NCBI GenBank assembly: GCA_038060895.1
Contig: JBBTCT010000012.1
Span: 126,210 to 190,209 of the forward strand
From: Planctomycetota bacterium
GTDB lineage: Bacteria > Planctomycetota > MHYJ01 > WSZJ01
DNA: 64,000 nt
Direction of reading: 5' to 3'
Shown: in pieces, positions 61,554-64,000 of the stretch
Position numbering within the stretch: position 1 is the stretch's first letter
How the letters are laid out: every line of letters starts with the position of its first letter
The notes under the pieces: generated by a model
Seen by the model: the letters and a program-made list of their open reading frames with translations, nothing else
Database searches by the model: none
Told to the model about the DNA's origin: nothing
Made by a program: the position numbers and the translations under genes

Positions 61554-62249
61554 TCAGTGGACCGGGGCCACTTCCAGCACATACGTCTTCTCCGCCGCCT
61601 GCGGGTCCCTCTTCGCCAGCTCCGCGTCCGGAATGATGACGATCGTGACTTTCACGATCTTCGGAAGGATCTTCTTCTGGGCTTCCTGGTCCCCCCACGA
61701 GCTCAGCCAGGCCTCGCCGTCCCAGTATTCGAGCTTGAAGGTCTTGACCCGGTTGTACATCTCCTGGAGCGTCCCGCCGCTCGTGGGTTTGTCGTCCACG
61801 TAGGGGTCTTCGCGCCGGACGAGGATCTGGACGTTGGAGTCGTCGGGGTTCGTGCGAAGAAAGTAAGCGACCTCGCTGAAGTCGGCGACGCGCTGGTTCG
61901 CCGGATCCCAGACGTCGCGCGAAGAAATGAAGTCGAGCGTGTCCGCCTCGCCGGCGCCCTGCGAGTTGTCCTTGCCGGTGAAGTACGCCGGGTTTTCCGG
62001 CGCCGGCTCGCCTTCCGCGGGCGGCGGCGCGTCCGGCACGGGCGGCACGAACGCCGCCGCGATGTCGTCCGAGATGAGCTTCAAAAGCACCGGGCCGGCC
62101 TCGTCGATTTCGGCGGTGTGCTCGAGCTTCGTGCGGGCCTGAAGCGTCGCAACGAGGACGCCGTAGAGGATCCCGATCATGACGGCGGTGATCGTGATGG
62201 TCAGGAGGACTTCGAGCAGGGTAAATCCTGCAACCGAGGTGCGCTTCAT
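61554..62249 (-). CDS. gspJ: Type II secretion minor pseudopilin J
   Basis: GFTLLEVLL N-methylation motif; EVAYFL, YWDGEAWLSSW, LPKIVKVTI. Confidence 0.82.
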   Translation of the reverse strand: MKRTSVAGFTLLEVLLTITITAVMIGILYGVLVATLQARTKLEHTAEIDEAGPVLLKLISDDIAAAFVPPVPDAPPPAEGEPAPENPAYFTGKDNSQGAGEADTLDFISSRDVWDPANQRVADFSEVAYFLRTNPDDSNVQILVRREDPYVDDKPTSGGTLQEMYNRVKTFKLEYWDGEAWLSSWGDQEAQKKILPKIVKVTIVIIPDAELAKRDPQAAEKTYVLEVAPVH

Positions 62250-62716
62250 TAGCCTCCCCCCCCACCGCCGCCGCCTCCTCCGCCGCCCTCTTCCTGCGCT
62301 TCATCTTCCTTGAGCAGCCGGTACCACTGGGCCTGCGACACGCGCTGAGTCCCGTCAGGCTGCTGCTGCGTCACTTTGAGAGAGATTCTCCACATCTCCC
62401 GCGGATGGTCTTCGTCCACTTTCTCGATCATTTCCATCACGACCCGCTCGGTCAGCCGCTCCCAGGATGCCTGCGGATCGTTGTCAAACGTCCCCGACTC
62501 CGTCCCCTCCTTCACGTCGTCGATTTTCACTTCCTCGTAATCCCCGACCTTCTGCTGAAGCAGACCCCACGATGTGCGCATCTGCTTCGCATTCGTCACC
62601 TGCTCGATCGCGCGCGTCCGCATGTAAAGAAGCGCAAAGACCGTGGTCGCAACGATCGCAAGCGCGAGCATGACCTCGAGAAGCGTAAATCCACCGTTCG
62701 CGCGGCGCCGGTTCAT
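62249..62716 (-). CDS. gspI: Type II secretion minor pseudopilin I
   Basis: GFTLLEVMLALAIVA; ESGTF; position between H and J. Confidence 0.78.
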   Translation of the reverse strand: MNRRRANGGFTLLEVMLALAIVATTVFALLYMRTRAIEQVTNAKQMRTSWGLLQQKVGDYEEVKIDDVKEGTESGTFDNDPQASWERLTERVVMEMIEKVDEDHPREMWRISLKVTQQQPDGTQRVSQAQWYRLLKEDEAQEEGGGGGGGGGGGG

Positions 62717-63309
62717 TCGGCCGCCTCTTCCAGCACGATCGGGTCGATGTGCCCTTCCTTCAACTCCACGAACCCCGTCACGGGACTCGCCGTCACTGTG
62801 AACTTCGAATTGTCCTCTTCCCCCGTGATCCAGATCGTGTGCCGCCGCACCGACCCGTACGGCGTGCATTCCACAGTCACCGGCATCTGCTCGGCGACCT
62901 GCTCCGCGCTCCACATCACCTTCTCGAATTTCACGCCGTCCGGCAGCTTCCGCTCCATCGTCCGCACCCACTTGTACTCCGCTTCCTTGAACGCATTCTC
63001 CGCCGTGTCCGCCGGCTCTTCCTCGTCCGACGTCTGCGCCACTTTCTCCGGCGACAGGATCCAGTACGTCCGGGCCGGCACGTCGTACTGGAGATAGTGC
63101 GGCATGCCGGTGGTCATGGCGGAAGCGCGCGCGAGGCGGATTTCGGAAGCGAGTTCGCGGACGCAGGAGCGGACGCGGTAGCGCGGCAGGAGGTTGTCGA
63201 CGCGTCCCACGGTCACGAGCAGCAGGATGCCCATGATGACCAGGACCACGGACATCTCGATGAGCGTGTAGCCGCCGTTTGACGCGGCTGTGCGGCGGAA
63301 GGGGCGCAT
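62713..63309 (-). CDS. gspH: Type II secretion minor pseudopilin H/FimT-like
   Basis: GYTLIEMSVVLVIMG; RELASEIRLARASA. Confidence 0.78.
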   Translation of the reverse strand: MRPFRRTAASNGGYTLIEMSVVLVIMGILLLVTVGRVDNLLPRYRVRSCVRELASEIRLARASAMTTGMPHYLQYDVPARTYWILSPEKVAQTSDEEEPADTAENAFKEAEYKWVRTMERKLPDGVKFEKVMWSAEQVAEQMPVTVECTPYGSVRRHTIWITGEEDNSKFTVTASPVTGFVELKEGHIDPIVLEEAAE

Positions 63310-63320
63310 TGCGGTGCCCT

Positions 63321-63776
63321 CTACTTCTTGGACGTGTCCTCGTCGAGGGTCCAGTAACTCAGGTCGCCGTCAAACCCCTCGCCGCCCTGCGTGTTGTCCG
63401 CGCCGTACGCGATGATGTCGAACTCTTTCCCGTTGTCCGCGGGCTTGCGGAAAATGTAATCGCCGCCCCAGGGGTCCTTGGGGGACTTCTCGAGGTAGCC
63501 GCCCTCCGGCCAGTCCTTGGCGTACGAAGGCCGGGTCACCAGGTCTTCCATCGCGTCCGGCCACCTGTTCTGCTCCATCTTGAAAAGCTTCACCTGGTCC
63601 GCAATGTGCTTGATGTCGCCCTTTGCGCGCGTCACTTTCGCCTTGTCTGCGCGCGAAACGAGCACGGGGGTCACGGCGGCAGCCAGCACCCCGATGATCA
63701 CGAGCACGATCATCAATTCCATCAGCGTGAAGCCGCCATCGGCGCGGCGGGCGATTCTGCGGGCGCTGCGAAGCAT
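63321..63776 (-). CDS. gspG: Type II secretion major pseudopilin G
   Basis: GFTLMELMIVLVIIG, YLEKSPKDPWG, YGADNTQGGEGFDGDL; start uncertain. Confidence 0.93.
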   Translation of the reverse strand: MLRSARRIARRADGGFTLMELMIVLVIIGVLAAAVTPVLVSRADKAKVTRAKGDIKHIADQVKLFKMEQNRWPDAMEDLVTRPSYAKDWPEGGYLEKSPKDPWGGDYIFRKPADNGKEFDIIAYGADNTQGGEGFDGDLSYWTLDEDTSKK

Positions 63777-63844
63777 GGATCCTCCTGGGAACTGCGGTTG
63801 GCCGTTCATTGTACGCCCGCCATCGGAAGCGGGCCTCTGGAGAT

Positions 63845-64000
63845 TCAACGAGCGGCGGGCGTGGACGTTTGGAAGGAAGCGGATTTACGGGTGTGGCGGA
63901 TTGAGAGGACGCAGGAGAATGTGAAGTAGAAGAGCAGGAGCAGGAGGAGTCCGGCTGCGCCTCCCGTCACCAGCCTGAGCGCATTCATGAGAATCGAGCG
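63845..64000 (-). CDS. Probable 3' end of a membrane protein gene running off the window
   Basis: Open frame ...MNALRLVTGGAAGLLLLLLFYFTFS...PAAR*. Confidence 0.4.
   Translation of the reverse strand, partial: RSILMNALRLVTGGAAGLLLLLLFYFTFSCVLSIRHTRKSASFQTSTPAAR

Overview
A high-GC, gene-dense chromosomal segment from a PVC-superphylum bacterium, probably an uncultured Planctomycetota lineage. The evidence is the PVC signature small basic protein and a groEL-groES-groEL-dnaJ-grpE cluster. Housekeeping content: rarA, dacB, cysN/cysD, gpsA/plsY, nusA-infB-DUF503-rbfA-rph, mcsA-mcsB, chaperones, pyrE, topoisomerase VI B/A, skp, a SWIM-SNF2 ATPase and gspG-H-I-J pseudopilins. No rRNA, tRNA, CRISPR array or transposase was seen. 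The ORF track splits two probable UGA-recoded selenoprotein lipoproteins. One is a UxxC redoxin inside a cyclase/kinase/redoxin/PBP4 gene run. The other has a CU motif and resembles eukaryotic selenoprotein N; it lies downstream of an apparently complete sigma-54 promoter architecture and a long structured intergenic element. Also present: a sigma-54-type promoter before the chaperone operon, an McsA-like zinc protein in the ctsR position, unusual domain fusions and several families of palindromic intergenic repeats. All calls come from motif recognition by eye; no database searches were run.
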